The position numbers were made by a program, and so were the translations under genes. From assembly GCA_965205655.1 (NCBI GenBank), contig CBDBIJ010000109.1, positions 1 through 41,512 of the forward strand: DNA of 41,512 bases, in the 5' to 3' direction. The notes under the pieces are model-generated. The model worked only from the letters and a program-made list of their open reading frames with translations, searched no databases and was not told the origin of the DNA. Each line of letters opens with the position of its first letter. Within the stretch, counting starts at the first letter, position 1. This stretch comes from Candidatus Latescibacterota bacterium (GTDB lineage Bacteria > Latescibacterota > UBA2968 > UBA8231). This document shows, in pieces, positions 39,465-41,512 of this stretch.

Positions 39465-40434
39465 ATGACGGTGAACACCGGGGGCGTGTCGGATCCGAGG
39501 TCTGCACCACCTGTTGTCGGGGGCCGGGATGGCTTCAGCAATGTCATTCGGGACGTGAGACGAATTCTCGGTCTGACGGTGAACGTTCTGATCCTGGGGG
39601 AGAGTGGGACTGGCAAGGAGGTCGTCGCCAGATCCATACATTGCGACGACCCGAAACGGTGCCATCGCCCGTTCGTCCCCTTGAACTGCGCCGCACTGCC
39701 TGAGCAGGTCCTGGAGGCCGATCTGTTCGGCTATCGACGGGGCTCTTTCACGGGAGCGACCACAGATCGGGAAGGTATTTTCAGGCAGGCCGACGGCGGT
39801 ACCGTCTTTCTCGACGAGGTTGGTGAGTTGCCCCTGCTGTTGCAGCCCAATCTGTTACGCGTGCTGCAAGAGCGCGCAGTGCGTCCTCTTGGTAGGTCGG
39901 AGGAGACGGCGTATCGACGTGAGGGTGGTGGCCGCCACGAACCGCGATTTGGCCGAGAGCGACGGCGACGGCTCGTTTCGGCTCGATCTGTACTACCGTT
40001 TGGCAGACTACGTCATCTCGGTGCCGCCGCTGCGTCAGCGCCGCCAGGACATCGTGCCACTGTCACACCATTTTCTCGACATGTATCGCATCGAGTTCGG
40101 CCGCGAACACGTGAACGGCTTTGCGGAGGACGCCCTGAATTGGCTGCAGCTCCGGGACTGGTCTGCCAACAATGTGAGAGAGCTCAGCGTTGCCGTGAAG
40201 CGAGCTGTTCTATTCTGCGACGGCCCGATGATACAGGTCTATCACCTCGCCGCCACCACCGAGCCGATGCCCGGACCGCAGCGTCGGGATGGCGCTGACC
40301 TCCCGGAACGACTGCAGGACGCACTCTGTCGCACCGACGGCAACATTGCGGCCGCCGCACGGCTGCTGGGCATGAAACGCTCGACCCTCTTCGACCGCTT
40401 GACGAAACTCGGCTTGAGAGGTGGAGCTGGTTGA
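39465..40434 (+). CDS. sigma54-interaction domain regulator (frameshift ~39908)
   Basis: [29 protein letters not shown], then [45 protein letters not shown]. Confidence 0.87.
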
Positions 40435-40457
40435 AAGGAAATCGAAGGCGGGGGTTG

Positions 40458-41234
40458 CTAGTTGAGGACGGGCTCGAGGGTGCCGTAGAGCTCTTCGGCG
40501 AGGCGACGGTAGTTGTCGGCGCCCGTTGACCGCGGTTCGTAGAGGATGACCGGCTTGCCGAAGCTCGGCGCGGCCGCCAGACTGACATTGCGCCTGATGA
40601 CCGTTTCGTACACCTTGTCGCCGAAGTACGACTTGACCTCTGCCGCCACTCGTTTTGACAACTGCAGGCGCTCGTCGTACATGGTCAGCAGCACTCCCTC
40701 CACTTCGAGCGTGGGGTTCAGGTAGCGCTGCACGAGCTGAATGGAGTTGAGCAGCTTGCTGAGCCCCTCGAGCGCGTAGTACTCACACTGAACGGGTATC
40801 AGGACTGAGTCTGCCGCCGTGAGAGCATTGACGGTCAGGAGGCCGAGGGACGGCGGGCAGTCGACGAGCACGAATTCGTAGTCTTCCTTCACGTCCTCCA
40901 GCGATTCCAGGAGCTTTTTTTCACGCCCCAGGACTGCGGCCATCTCCACCTCTGCTCCGGCCAGGCTGATGTGGGACGGGGCGAGATCGAGTGATGGCAA
41001 CGCCACCGAACAGATGACGCCCGCCAATGGTGCGTGGCCGAGCAGGACTTCGTATACCGATCCTGTGAGGCTCTCGCCTCCCGCTTCGCAGCCGGAGGTT
41101 GCGTTTGCCTGTGGATCGAGATCGATGAGAAGGGTTTTGCGCTCTTCAGCGGCGAGACACGCTGACAGATTGACTGCCGTCGTCGTCTTCCCCACACCAC
41201 CCTTTTGGTTCGCGATAGCTATGACTTTGCCCAT
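40458..41234 (-). CDS. parA: ParA/Soj-family ATPase
   Basis: IANQKGGVGKTTT, DLDPQANAT, DCPPSLGLLTVNAL, PVQCEYYALEG, AAPSFGKP. Confidence 0.93.
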   Translation of the reverse strand: MGKVIAIANQKGGVGKTTTAVNLSACLAAEERKTLLIDLDPQANATSGCEAGGESLTGSVYEVLLGHAPLAGVICSVALPSLDLAPSHISLAGAEVEMAAVLGREKKLLESLEDVKEDYEFVLVDCPPSLGLLTVNALTAADSVLIPVQCEYYALEGLSKLLNSIQLVQRYLNPTLEVEGVLLTMYDERLQLSKRVAAEVKSYFGDKVYETVIRRNVSLAAAPSFGKPVILYEPRSTGADNYRRLAEELYGTLEPVLN

Positions 41235-41344
41235 CTACGGCCAACTCCCCACAGGCGGAGGATGAGAAAAGGCTATGAAAAAACTGCTGTGACGACGTGA
41301 CGATCGCGCGGAATTTTCAGAAGCGATAACCACGACGGGCAGCC

Positions 41345-41373
41345 AATGTACGTTGGTGAAAGAGGGGCGTCAA
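41345..41373 (-). promoter_or_regulatory. sigma70-type promoter for parA
   Basis: TTGACG-17 bp-TACATT on the minus strand, ~110 nt upstream of the ATG. Confidence 0.6.
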
Positions 41374-41512
41374 GTAGATTAAATAGAAAAGTCGAAAAGA
41401 GACAACAGATTTTTTCAGCGCAAAATCGCGACGGCTGTTTGTGACGTTTGGAGACGCAAAAAATGCGCTCAAACGCCCGCCAGCGCCGCCAGAAGGGCGC
41501 CGAGAAACAACG

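Noticed and set aside
41235..41512. oriC or parS near parA
   Set aside because: AT-richer, but no TTATCCACA boxes or TGTTTCACGTGAAACA-like palindrome.

Overview
GC-rich bacterial chromosomal window, probably from an FCB-group lineage such as Candidatus Latescibacterota. That assignment is inferred from a T9SS/FlgD-Ig C-terminal domain, cohesin plus EF-hand/dockerin-like modules and a CehA/McbA hydrolase. The left part (1-28 kb) is accessory. It starts with the 3' end of an IS256 that truncates a FliL-like lipoprotein gene coupled to zapA. Redox and catabolic enzymes follow: a DCC oxidoreductase, quinone oxidoreductase, C45 hydrolase, CehA/McbA hydrolase, trxB, 2-hydroxyacid dehydrogenase, Gfo/Idh/MocA, a CnbZ-like protein, an orphan Mo-hydroxylase large subunit, an IMPase-family enzyme and a PLP aminotransferase. 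It also holds an Sfp-type PPTase and three TA-type loci. A two-gene surface-fibre module consists of a signal-peptide-bearing tail-fibre-like protein, split by a complete IS256 with target-site duplication, and a T9SS-type Ig/cohesin/dockerin partner. A 6x ASH-domain protein has a beta-barrel-like C-terminus. The right part (28-41.5 kb) is mostly core: LytR_C-rsfS-mtnA-SPOR-mltD-mreD-mrdA-rodA-TPR, two divergent sensor-less sigma54 activators and an orphan parA. About 11 single-base frameshifts, mostly in homopolymers, point to long-read errors. The most notable unannotated signals are non-coding: a ~116-nt promoter-driven rod-like RNA (25045-25160), a ~330-nt promoter-to-terminator unit (8425-8790, minus strand) and two structured elements with GGA in hairpin loops (5153-5333, 22783-22918). 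No rRNA, tRNA or CRISPR array was seen.
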